From the NCBI GenBank assembly GCA_023131835.1, contig JAGLZA010000033.1, positions 1 to 62,349 of the forward strand: a stretch of DNA of 62,349 nt, in the 5' to 3' direction. Made by a program: the position numbers and the translations under genes. The notes beneath the pieces are model-generated. The model worked only from the letters and a program-made list of their open reading frames with translations, was not told the DNA's origin and did no database searches. Each line of letters begins with the position of its first letter. Within the stretch, counting starts at the first letter, position 1. The stretch is from a candidate division WOR-3 bacterium (GTDB lineage Bacteria; Hydrothermota; UBA3072). Shown one piece after another: positions 48,427 to 56,815 of this stretch.

Positions 48427-48870
48427 ATGAACCCAAACCAAGATGGAAATACCCATATAAATATTTACTCTAGAGGAAAAACAGAATTAGGGCGGTTTTT
48501 AACTAATTTTGCTCATTCACCTATAATAACTGAAGACGGCCCTTTCACATCTATTGAAGGATATTGGTATTGGTTATCCAATAGAAATGAAAAAATGCGC
48601 AGCGTCTCTGGGGGAAATGCCAAAAAAGTTGGAAAAACCTATCCTAAAACAACACAATTATCAGAACAAGAATTTCAACGAAAAATAAGAGAAGCATGTT
48701 GGATTAAAATACATTCAAATAATGCTATGTTAAGATTATTCAAAATTTCTACATTACCATTTACCCATTATTATGTATTTGCTAATAATTTTGTAAAGGA
48801 TGCTGGGTATAAATGGATAATCGATATATGGGAATTGTTCCGAACTTTCATAAAAAATGATTATAAATAA
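48427..48870 (+). CDS. Divergent NADAR-like protein (candidate)
   Basis: FLTNFAHSP...FTSIEGYWYW...AKKVG resembles the NADAR LSNF...PTVEH pattern. Confidence 0.5.
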   Translation: MNPNQDGNTHINIYSRGKTELGRFLTNFAHSPIITEDGPFTSIEGYWYWLSNRNEKMRSVSGGNAKKVGKTYPKTTQLSEQEFQRKIREACWIKIHSNNAMLRLFKISTLPFTHYYVFANNFVKDAGYKWIIDIWELFRTFIKNDYK

Positions 48871-48885
48871 AGGAGGTAACAAGCT

Positions 48886-49380
48886 ATGATTATGAAATGT
48901 AATTCATGTGGTTATGAAGGAATACCTAATTTGGAAGAAACAGGTCCACATACAAAAGCTCTTTGCCAACAATGTGGAAAATACATCAAAATGGTTGGCA
49001 AAGATGAATTAGACAAAATTGTCACTCAATCCACGAACTCCAAACTCAAAGTATGGACAGCACAGTACCGATACTCAGGTAAAGACCGTATTGATATCAC
49101 AGTTAAGTCAGCTGTATATCCATGGAATGTTTTTGCACCTACGTGGGAAATGGTAAGGGAATATAAACGTTCCGGAAATGAAGAAGTATATATCGGACAA
49201 TATAAAGCTATCATTGACAAAGCGTTTGAATTACATACTCAACAACTATCAACTTTGCTTAACTCTGATAGAACAATCACACTGGTATGCTTTTGCCCTC
49301 TAGGAAACTTCTGTCATAGAGTTCTCTTAGCAAAACATTTTGAATCACTCGGAGCTACTTATTACGGGGAAAGGAGGTAA
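48886..49380 (+). CDS. Zinc ribbon fused to a DUF488-like domain
   Basis: CNSC...CQQC; FAPTW; ITLVCFC....CHR..LA. Confidence 0.7.
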   Translation: MIMKCNSCGYEGIPNLEETGPHTKALCQQCGKYIKMVGKDELDKIVTQSTNSKLKVWTAQYRYSGKDRIDITVKSAVYPWNVFAPTWEMVREYKRSGNEEVYIGQYKAIIDKAFELHTQQLSTLLNSDRTITLVCFCPLGNFCHRVLLAKHFESLGATYYGERR

Positions 49381-49385
49381 ACACA

Positions 49386-49616
49386 ATGGGTATTAAATGG
49401 TTAAATAATTCATTTATAGCCAGTGGGGACACACTAGTATTATCTGAATTAATGGTTCTTCAATCAGCTGCCGGACACTATATCGGGCATCTATGTAAAA
49501 CAATAAAGTGCAACTGTAAAGATGAACATCTTGGGTGCATAGAACCATATGATAGATTATCCGGATATATGTCTTACGAACAAGCAACCAAACAATTACA
49601 AACAATAAGAAATTAA
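49386..49616 (+). CDS. Hypothetical protein
   Basis: VLQSAAGHYIG...EPYDRLSGY; AGGAGGT SD. Confidence 0.7.
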   Translation: MGIKWLNNSFIASGDTLVLSELMVLQSAAGHYIGHLCKTIKCNCKDEHLGCIEPYDRLSGYMSYEQATKQLQTIRN

Positions 49617-49628
49617 GGAGATAAACCT

Positions 49629-49964
49629 ATGGACACTAATTTCTTACCAAACGTCAAATGCCCACACTGCAACGCCAACATCGTTGTTGCTATATCTGGA
49701 TTTGGAAGTGAGCTGAATACAAGAGAGAAATTCTGTAATAAATGTAACAGGTCCTTCTTTCTTCATATATTAGTTCAAACTACTTTGTATAAAGAAGTTA
49801 TGGACGGGGAAATAAATTCTTACAAAAGTAGGATAAGTTTCCTTAACAAACAACGAAAAAAGACATTAACGGAACAGCTTGTCAATTACGAAATAGCTCA
49901 AGAGATTAATCGGGAAGCATTAAAAATGGCAACAGAAATGAGACGTAAAATGGACTTAAATTAA
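49629..49964 (+). CDS. Zinc-ribbon plus coiled-coil protein
   Basis: CPHC...CNKC. Confidence 0.7.
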   Translation: MDTNFLPNVKCPHCNANIVVAISGFGSELNTREKFCNKCNRSFFLHILVQTTLYKEVMDGEINSYKSRISFLNKQRKKTLTEQLVNYEIAQEINREALKMATEMRRKMDLN

Positions 49965-49976
49965 GGAGGTGATACT

Positions 49977-50432
49977 GTGGAATTCATTAATGAAGACATT
50001 ACAAATATAACTTTCGGTTTTGTATGTCATCAAGTCAATTGTCAAGGAGTTATGGGTGCTGGAGTTGCTTTGGCCATAAGAAAGAAATGGCCAGTTGCAT
50101 ATGCTGAATATAAACAAGCTTATACAAACGGTGCTCTCATATTAGGAAACATCATATTTGCTAAAATCCAAGCTGATCTATATGTAGTACATATATGTGG
50201 ACAAGACAGATATGGTCATATCGGTATATATACTAATTACGAAGCACTACACAAGGCAATTCATTCCCTTAGTGAAATGAGAAGAAAAGTAAGCAAGGAT
50301 ATAGGAGTAGTATTTCCTGTTTACTTTCCAAATGGAATGGGGTGCAGATTAGCCGGTGGTGACTGGAATGTTGTCATAAAAATCATTGAGAAATATATTC
50401 CTGATGCCAAAATCGTTAATTATACACATTAG
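49977..50432 (+). CDS. Macrodomain protein (ADP-ribose processing)
   Basis: EDIT, HQVNCQGVMGAGVA, GMGCRLAGGDW. Confidence 0.9.
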   Translation: MEFINEDITNITFGFVCHQVNCQGVMGAGVALAIRKKWPVAYAEYKQAYTNGALILGNIIFAKIQADLYVVHICGQDRYGHIGIYTNYEALHKAIHSLSEMRRKVSKDIGVVFPVYFPNGMGCRLAGGDWNVVIKIIEKYIPDAKIVNYTH

Positions 50433-50448
50433 GAAGAGGATAATAAAA

Positions 50449-50706
50449 ATGATAACACCAAAATCAATCCGGAAACAATGTAAACGTAAACAACCTAAAC
50501 GTATAATATCACGTTATTGTTATGTTAAATCAGGTGAACTAAGTGGTGACTTGTGTTTTATATGTCACAGTTTTATGGTAATGAATAAAACTAAGCACAA
50601 GTCAAAAAGGTATAATGGAAAACATGGATGGACGGTATATTGTCAAACTTGTGGAAGAGAAGTGGAATTTGTTTCATATACAGAAGATAATTCTGCCTAT
50701 AGATAA
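50449..50706 (+). CDS. Basic zinc-ribbon protein
   Basis: Start moved to MITPK; CFIC...CQTC. Confidence 0.6.
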   Translation: MITPKSIRKQCKRKQPKRIISRYCYVKSGELSGDLCFICHSFMVMNKTKHKSKRYNGKHGWTVYCQTCGREVEFVSYTEDNSAYR

Positions 50707-50731
50707 ATTATTATAAAAAGGAGGTGATATT

Positions 50732-51151
50732 ATGAATAAGATAGTCGGCAATGAAATGATTAAACAATTTGTTCTAGCGGGAAAATCAACCTTTACCATT
50801 AGGAATATTAAAACTGGAAATCGTTTCACATATTATGTACAAGCCAATCACGACCGTGTAGTATGGTTTGTTAAAGGTCTGGTCGGACCTAATTACAAAT
50901 ATTTCGGAACAATATTCTACAATGGTTTTCGTCAAACAAAAAAATCCAGAATCACAAGCAATACCACAATTGTAAAAGCTTTCAGTTGGTTTTGGAAACA
51001 ACTACACTTAGGGAGTCCTTTACCCGCTAAATTGGAAGTCTACCATGAGGGTATGTGTGGTCGTTGCGGCAGAAGATTAACTGTACCAGAATCGATTGAT
51101 GCTGGATATGGTCCAATATGTATTAAACTTATTAACGATGGACAAGTATAA
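50732..51151 (+). CDS. DUF6011-type zinc-finger protein
   Basis: CGRCGRRLTVPESIDAGYGPIC. Confidence 0.8.
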   Translation: MNKIVGNEMIKQFVLAGKSTFTIRNIKTGNRFTYYVQANHDRVVWFVKGLVGPNYKYFGTIFYNGFRQTKKSRITSNTTIVKAFSWFWKQLHLGSPLPAKLEVYHEGMCGRCGRRLTVPESIDAGYGPICIKLINDGQV

Positions 51152-51163
51152 AGAGGAGTTATT

Positions 51164-51442
51164 ATGGATTTTATGGCAAAAAGAAGAATTTATCTAATAA
51201 AGGAACTCACTAAATCTGTGTATCCTACAACACAAATAATTTCTGGTGATATAACAATCGAAAAATATATTACAAGTATCGCAGATTTCTTGGCGAATGA
51301 GATAATTGACAGACGTATGCCAGTAGAAACATTATCCTTATTTGCTGAACTTGGAATATTACAAGTCCGCCAAAACAAAAATGTAGGAATACCGGCCCCA
51401 TTTCCACCAGCACCCCTCCCCTTCTTGCCTAAAAGAGCCTAG
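51164..51442 (+). CDS. Hypothetical protein with Pro-rich tail
   Basis: GAGGAG SD. Confidence 0.65.
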   Translation: MDFMAKRRIYLIKELTKSVYPTTQIISGDITIEKYITSIADFLANEIIDRRMPVETLSLFAELGILQVRQNKNVGIPAPFPPAPLPFLPKRA

Positions 51443-51445
51443 ATG

Positions 51446-51512
51446 TATCAAATAATTTAGCGGACGGGCTTACTTAATAAACCACCTCTCATTCCCGCCA
51501 ATGATGTGATTT
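51446..51512 (+). ncRNA. Repeated structured leader element, copy 3 of 5
   Basis: CGGACGGG plus the invariant 20-mer. Confidence 0.6.
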
Positions 51513-51529
51513 GAAAAGGAAATAATATC

Positions 51530-52009
51530 ATGAATACAATATCAATATTTAAAGGTAAGTATAATTTTCTTAGCAACTTTTTCACATTAGAAGTACCAAT
51601 AGCATATAATGGTATATCTTATCCAACAGTTGAGCATTTCTATCAAGCCATGAAAAGTTTAGGCCCAACAGATCCAGGAGCCTTAAATCCAGTTGACCGT
51701 ATAATAATAGCAGGTGATTCAAGTCCCTTTATGGCAAGAAACTTTGGGCGCACTATACGGCTAAGGCCCGATTGGGAAAATGCTAAAATTTCAGTAATGA
51801 GACTCGGGCTAATATTAAAGTTTGCAGCTAATCCTGAACTCAAAACTCAATTACTGAGCACCTGGGAAAGTGTACTTGTAGAAGGAAATCATTGGCATGA
51901 TAATATATGGGGTAATTGCATGTGCCCAAAATGTGCCAATACAAAAGGTCAGAATCTTCTCGGATATCTTCTGATGGAGGTAAGAGAATTATTTAGGTTG
52001 ATAAAATAA
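51530..52009 (+). CDS. NADAR (YbiA/DUF1768) family protein
   Basis: FLSNF, YPTVEHFYQAMK, RPDW, KF..NPEL, LVEGN.W.D..WG, GQNLLG.LLM. Confidence 0.92.
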   Translation: MNTISIFKGKYNFLSNFFTLEVPIAYNGISYPTVEHFYQAMKSLGPTDPGALNPVDRIIIAGDSSPFMARNFGRTIRLRPDWENAKISVMRLGLILKFAANPELKTQLLSTWESVLVEGNHWHDNIWGNCMCPKCANTKGQNLLGYLLMEVRELFRLIK

Positions 52010-52031
52010 ATTATTAAAAAAAGGAGATAAT

Positions 52032-52226
52032 ATGAATCATCTACAAAAACATTATGAAAGTTTATCAACGGAACAGTTAAGAGTAGAACGTTCTGAAATC
52101 CAAAAAAAGATTGAAGAAAACAACGGACGACTAACCGCCCATAGTTCTGCCGATTTGGATGATAACCTGGATACACGTGATATTATTGACAGAATTCTGG
52201 CAATTCGTTATAGTGAAAGTATATAA
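52032..52226 (+). CDS. Hypothetical protein
   Basis: AAGGAG SD. Confidence 0.65.
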   Translation: MNHLQKHYESLSTEQLRVERSEIQKKIEENNGRLTAHSSADLDDNLDTRDIIDRILAIRYSESI

Positions 52227-52267
52227 TAAAGGTCCATAACTTAAACTAATAAGAAGGAGGTAATATT

Positions 52268-52666
52268 ATGGAATTTAAAGTAGTTATTGCTGGTGGAAGA
52301 GATTTTGGAAATGTTAGACTACGTGGAGAATTACAAGCAAGCAGGGATTTTATTACATTATATAATGCTATGGACAGATTGTTGATAGACCAACTTAAAG
52401 CAAATACAATAACAATCATTTCCGGCGGGGCCCAGGGCGCTGATTCATTGGGAGAACGTTATGCACGAATGAGAAATTTCGGTCTTATTAGAATAAAGGC
52501 AGATTGGAACAAGTATAAGAAAAGTGCGGGTTTCATCAGAAACAAAGAAATGTTGCACCTTGCTGATGGTGTCGTATGCTTTTGGGATGAAAAATCCACG
52601 GGTACCGGACATATGGTTAAGATAACAAAAGGTTCGTTGATACCTTTAAAACTTATACTTTACTAA
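52268..52666 (+). CDS. SLOG-family (DUF2493/YspA-like) protein
   Basis: IAGGRDF, ISGGAQGAD, ADW...SAGFIRN.EM, FWD..STGT.HM. Confidence 0.85.
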   Translation: MEFKVVIAGGRDFGNVRLRGELQASRDFITLYNAMDRLLIDQLKANTITIISGGAQGADSLGERYARMRNFGLIRIKADWNKYKKSAGFIRNKEMLHLADGVVCFWDEKSTGTGHMVKITKGSLIPLKLILY

Positions 52667-52698
52667 CCTAACACATATTAAAAGGAGATGATAAAATT

Positions 52699-52827
52699 TT
52701 GAATTATACAAAGGGTAATTTTAACAAACAAACTAGCAAGAAAACAAGTCAATTAGATAACGTATGGTATGTAAACATTTCACATTATGTAAACAACTTA
52801 AACTGTGAAGCCAAGAACTTTCATTAA
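52699..52827 (+). CDS. 42-aa peptide, paralog of 47467-47595
   Basis: AAGGAG SD, TTG start. Confidence 0.4.
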   Translation: MNYTKGNFNKQTSKKTSQLDNVWYVNISHYVNNLNCEAKNFH

Positions 52828-52898
52828 CGAGTTTTTGATACATCTAGGACCATAAATAGTTTATTCATTTTTCATAATTACACGAATATAATCTCTAA

Positions 52899-52953
52899 CA
52901 ACGGACGGGTTTATTTAACGAACTACCTCTCATTCCCGCCAATGATGTGGTTC
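52899..52953 (+). ncRNA. Repeated structured leader element, copy 4 of 5
   Basis: CGGACGGG plus the invariant 20-mer; closing stem GAACTAC/GTGGTTC. Confidence 0.6.
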
Positions 52954-52969
52954 ATTTGAAAGGTATACC

Positions 52970-53263
52970 ATGAACACAATACAAAGCACAGCCGTAAACA
53001 ACAATTCACCAATATCAGTGAAAAGAGTTAATGTTGAAAAACTGGTCTATAATCCATCCCATGTCAAAAACAATTGTATCATTTCTGAACAATGTATTAT
53101 TACCACACAACAAGAAACGTTTTCTGCCTGGGGTGTAACTGCTGAAGTATGTATAATCCATCTCATAAAAGGGGAAAGTCTCTGTTGCACATACATCTCA
53201 AAAAATGGTAAATTGGATGTTGTTCAAATAAATGGGTGTAATTCAACCAGGGTATCAAAGTGA
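52970..53263 (+). CDS. Hypothetical protein (possible OB-fold)
   Basis: Follows leader copy 4; FSAWGVTAE...LIKG is SSB-like. Confidence 0.55.
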   Translation: MNTIQSTAVNNNSPISVKRVNVEKLVYNPSHVKNNCIISEQCIITTQQETFSAWGVTAEVCIIHLIKGESLCCTYISKNGKLDVVQINGCNSTRVSK

Positions 53264-53291
53264 ATGTTATAAATAGATACAACTTAATAGA

Positions 53292-53344
53292 AAGCGGACG
53301 GACTCAACTTGAACTACCTTTCATTCCCGCCAATGATGTGGTTT
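53292..53344 (+). ncRNA. Repeated structured leader element, copy 5 of 5
   Basis: CGGACGGA plus the invariant 20-mer. Confidence 0.55.
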
Positions 53345-53380
53345 AACAAATTGATTTGTTATTAATAAAAAGGAGGTAAT

Positions 53381-53611
53381 ATGTACATAATAATAAGTGA
53401 TAACAATAAGTCGAAACAATGTATAGTCACCAATACAATTAAAATAAAGGATATCGAAAAAGACTGTATTAGGGTAATCTTAACACAAAAAGATTTTGAT
53501 ACTGGCCAAATAATAGACTTGGTTCTAGATCCAAGTGAGGCCGTAATCCTTGTAAAGAACCTGACAAAGACGATTATGGAAATTGCACTTCACAACATTT
53601 GCCCAAAATAA
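53381..53611 (+). CDS. Hypothetical protein
   Basis: AGGAGGT SD. Confidence 0.7.
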   Translation: MYIIISDNNKSKQCIVTNTIKIKDIEKDCIRVILTQKDFDTGQIIDLVLDPSEAVILVKNLTKTIMEIALHNICPK

Positions 53612-53635
53612 ATCTTAATGAAAGGAGGTGATACT

Positions 53636-53821
53636 ATGATTACTGAAAGAAGAATTATATCAGAAAAAATTCTATTTGGTCCAGCAAAAGAAGATGAATT
53701 AACAATAGCAAATGAAATTATCGCTGGAACAAGACCAGTAAACTGGAATGTGGCAGGCCACCCAGACCATGATGTATGGGTGTCGATAGTTGAATTGAAA
53801 CAAAAAAAAGGACAAACATAA
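53636..53821 (+). CDS. Hypothetical protein resembling an internal segment of the SSB
   Basis: Start moved to MITER. ILFG...EIIAGTRPVNW...HPD...W matches SSB LVFG...EIQAGRRPVNW...HPD...W. Confidence 0.7.
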   Translation: MITERRIISEKILFGPAKEDELTIANEIIAGTRPVNWNVAGHPDHDVWVSIVELKQKKGQT

Positions 53822-53853
53822 AAAAAAGTGGTTTTAAAGGAGATAAGATTATT

Positions 53854-54267
53854 ATGGGAATGGAAATGGTGTTACAATGCAAGTGTGAGTGTAATACGTT
53901 ACCTATAGACGGAGGTATGACGGAAACATTGTTTCCTAAAACAGAAGAGAAACTTAAAGGTGATGAAAAATATGTCAAATATTTGGGGTATCTTACACGC
54001 TACACCCATATGACAAAATTTGTATCTATTATGGACTTTCTATTCTGTGAAATATTTCCAATTCCTTGGAGGAATAGATGTTTCCTATTTTATAAAGATT
54101 TGGGACCACAACTTTATGAAGATAAGGAGTTTACTTCATCTCTTTATGATGAAATCTTATGTAACTTAGTACTTAATCTTTGTATTTTTGTCAGAGAAAA
54201 CAAATTAGGTCCTCGATGGGAAATGGTATTATACTACACCAACCTTATAATAAAGAAAAAGGAGTAA
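53854..54267 (+). CDS. Hypothetical protein
   Basis: Packed ORF. Confidence 0.65.
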   Translation: MGMEMVLQCKCECNTLPIDGGMTETLFPKTEEKLKGDEKYVKYLGYLTRYTHMTKFVSIMDFLFCEIFPIPWRNRCFLFYKDLGPQLYEDKEFTSSLYDEILCNLVLNLCIFVRENKLGPRWEMVLYYTNLIIKKKE

Positions 54268-54271
54268 TACA

Positions 54272-54475
54272 ATGCTTTGTCCAACTATAGTATTTAAACA
54301 CTCAAACGCCTTTGTACAAAAAAACGTAACAACCATCAATTGCTCATCATGTGGTTATCCAATAAATCCGGATAAATCATTTTTTAGATGTCTTAAATGT
54401 GGTATAACAGAAGAAGATAGAAACTATTATGATGAAGCATATATGGTTCCGGAAAAAGAACTTTGCTTTGAATAA
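54272..54475 (+). CDS. Small zinc-ribbon protein
   Basis: CSSCG...CLKCG. Confidence 0.65.
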   Translation: MLCPTIVFKHSNAFVQKNVTTINCSSCGYPINPDKSFFRCLKCGITEEDRNYYDEAYMVPEKELCFE

Positions 54476-54652
54476 TCTTGTAAAAGAAAGGAGGTGATTA
54501 AATAACAAATAAAAAATTTGAAGGTCTCCCACCGGTCCACTACTTACTACCGTTCGACAGGTCTCACTCTCAAGGTCTCCCCCTCACTTTACGATTATAT
54601 CATTTAACACATTAACCCAAACATACATCAATTTTTTAAAAGGAGGTAAATC

Positions 54653-54925
54653 ATGAACAGAACATTTCAATTTGGAGCAGACAGTACAGTTAAAGAGGTT
54701 CAAGAAGAGTGTACAATCCACGTAAATGGAAACAAAATCAACGTTACTACTTTTCACCACAATCAAAAAACAACTATGTGGGTAAACACCCATTTACCAA
54801 TCGACAATAACAACATATCACTAACAAATGAGGAGGCAATGCTTTTAGCAACTTTATTACTACAAGCGACAAACAATCCTACACCACAATCACTTCCCCG
54901 TGGAAAATATCAATTTCCTATATAA
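54653..54925 (+). CDS. Hypothetical protein
   Basis: AGGAGGT SD. Confidence 0.7.
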   Translation: MNRTFQFGADSTVKEVQEECTIHVNGNKINVTTFHHNQKTTMWVNTHLPIDNNNISLTNEEAMLLATLLLQATNNPTPQSLPRGKYQFPI

Positions 54926-55141
54926 AATAGGGTTTCCTGGTCAGTCTCCCCCGCTCAACAGGCTAAGCCAAGACCGAGGGGCGCCAAGTAATGTAGTAAA
55001 ACATTGTTGGTTTCTTGGTCTGGTTTAGCTTGTTGGTCTCTTGGTTGGCTTCTTAGTTGGCTTCTTGGTCAGTCTCCCCCTGCTTATTGGAGGCTATCCC
55101 TAAAACAAAATAAACAACTTTAACATTGAAAGGAGAGAAAA

Positions 55142-55549
55142 ATGAGTAAACCTATGTGTGAAATTATTATAGACAAAACAAAAACAGGTATACAAAGTAT
55201 TAAAACATGTTGTTCAGGAATGGCTAACATTATATCCCGGAACACGCTCACATTTGTAATAGATGGTAGTACAATCAAAATGATTCAACCAAGCAAACTA
55301 CGAGGAGGAATTATAAATATAAACTCAAGTGAAATAAACAGTATACTTACACCTCACTACCCATTTCCCTTAATACCAACTTCTGCTCCTGCTGTTCAAT
55401 ATCCAACGCCACTTCTCCCACCCATAAACCTACAACCAACAAACACCCAACGTGGCTTAAACCCCGACATCACAATGGAATTCTGCCCTAAGTGTGGCGG
55501 AAAAATAAACATTATTCTAATGTTGGAAACTAGCCCTATAACAGAATAA
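55142..55549 (+). CDS. Hypothetical protein with CC...FCPKCG motif
   Basis: AAGGAG SD. Confidence 0.65.
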   Translation: MSKPMCEIIIDKTKTGIQSIKTCCSGMANIISRNTLTFVIDGSTIKMIQPSKLRGGIININSSEINSILTPHYPFPLIPTSAPAVQYPTPLLPPINLQPTNTQRGLNPDITMEFCPKCGGKINIILMLETSPITE

Positions 55550-55579
55550 ATAATTCTCACACAAAAAGGAGAATAATAA

Positions 55580-56026
55580 ATGGTTGATAAATTCAAAATC
55601 ACCTGTCCAAAATGTAAAGAAACTACAACTAGCATACAAGCAACTGTCATCAACGAAAAAATAAGAGTAAAATTCGTTTGTTTACTCTGTGGTTATGTAT
55701 CTGAAGCTATAATTGTGGATGGATTAAAGAAATTAAAATCAGGAGATATCTGGTGGAATGAATTTGAAATAGATGGAAAAAAATATCGAAAAATCGGAAG
55801 ACAAGAGATAATTGAAGAAGGGGGTATGCATTCCTGGTACGGTAGTAAATTACACCCTATACGGAACCCAGAAACAATTGGTGATGTTCCTGCCAACTTT
55901 TCAGATGACAGAGAATTCTATAATCCCATAAGAGAGGAAGAAAACAACGGTTACACTCTAGGCACTTTACTTAGAAATGCAATTGAAAGTGAAAGAAAAA
56001 CAGACAAAGGAGAAAAGGATGTTTAA
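55580..56026 (+). CDS. Zinc-ribbon protein
   Basis: CPKC...CLLC; AAGGAG SD. Confidence 0.65.
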   Translation: MVDKFKITCPKCKETTTSIQATVINEKIRVKFVCLLCGYVSEAIIVDGLKKLKSGDIWWNEFEIDGKKYRKIGRQEIIEEGGMHSWYGSKLHPIRNPETIGDVPANFSDDREFYNPIREEENNGYTLGTLLRNAIESERKTDKGEKDV

Positions 56027-56672
56027 CATACTTATAGGCAACAAAACAAAAAAGGCCATGAAAGTGTTAGGCATCGAGTCTTTTCCATTTACTGAATCTG
56101 AACTAAAATCCAAATTTAGAAAACTCGCTAACATTCACCATCCAGATAAGTCAAATGGTGATGACTCTCTCATGAAAAAAATTAATGCAGCCTACTCACA
56201 TATAAAATACCTTGCTATCGGTGATACTGAAATCAGAGAAAAAGGTAAGGACATACTAAAAGCTGAGCAGGAAAATGAAGACATGTTTGAATTTTTTGAA
56301 TCTTGTAAAAGATGTGATGGTAATGGAGAAATAACTCACTATTACGAAGCCTATACAGATTTATGTGACAGATGTATGGAACGTTCTTCTTCACTCTTTT
56401 CCTTTAAAAGTTTCCCCATAGGAAAAATCAAAGTAAAATGTAGAGATTGCCGAGGCACTGGCAAATTCAAACAAAGAAGCGGTAGAACAGTTACTTGCCG
56501 CCAATGCAAAGGACTAGGCTGGCTATCCATAAAATGTCCAAAATGCAAAGGGACTGGGAGAATTCTTATTAAAGCTCGCACTACAAGAAGAATGTGTTGG
56601 TATTGTGGTGGTAGCGGAAAAATCAAATTAAACCCATTTAATCCGGTAATACCAAAAGGAGGAATCTTATGA
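56019..56672 (+). CDS. DnaJ-like protein (J-domain plus CxxCxGxG zinc fingers)
   Basis: HHPDK; CKRCDGNG, CRDCRGTG, CRQCKGLG, CPKCKGTG, CWYCGGSG. Start moved to MFNIL. Confidence 0.88.
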   Translation: MFNILIGNKTKKAMKVLGIESFPFTESELKSKFRKLANIHHPDKSNGDDSLMKKINAAYSHIKYLAIGDTEIREKGKDILKAEQENEDMFEFFESCKRCDGNGEITHYYEAYTDLCDRCMERSSSLFSFKSFPIGKIKVKCRDCRGTGKFKQRSGRTVTCRQCKGLGWLSIKCPKCKGTGRILIKARTTRRMCWYCGGSGKIKLNPFNPVIPKGGIL

Positions 56673-56815
56673 GGTGAACAAAACTTAATATAAATTCAAA
56701 AAAGATTTATAAAGTTGTTGGTTTTGGCTTCTTGGTCGGTCTCCCCCGTCTTGTGAGTCTTAACTCTTTTTACCAATTTATTATTATTAACTATTAATTA
56801 AGAAAGGAGCAAAAA

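Noticed and set aside
45692-53344. Invariant 20-mer repeats as a CRISPR array or integron attC sites
   Set aside because: Spacing is 0.3-5.4 kb and irregular, there is no cas or integrase gene in the window, and the attC RYYYAAC...GTTRRRY ends are absent.
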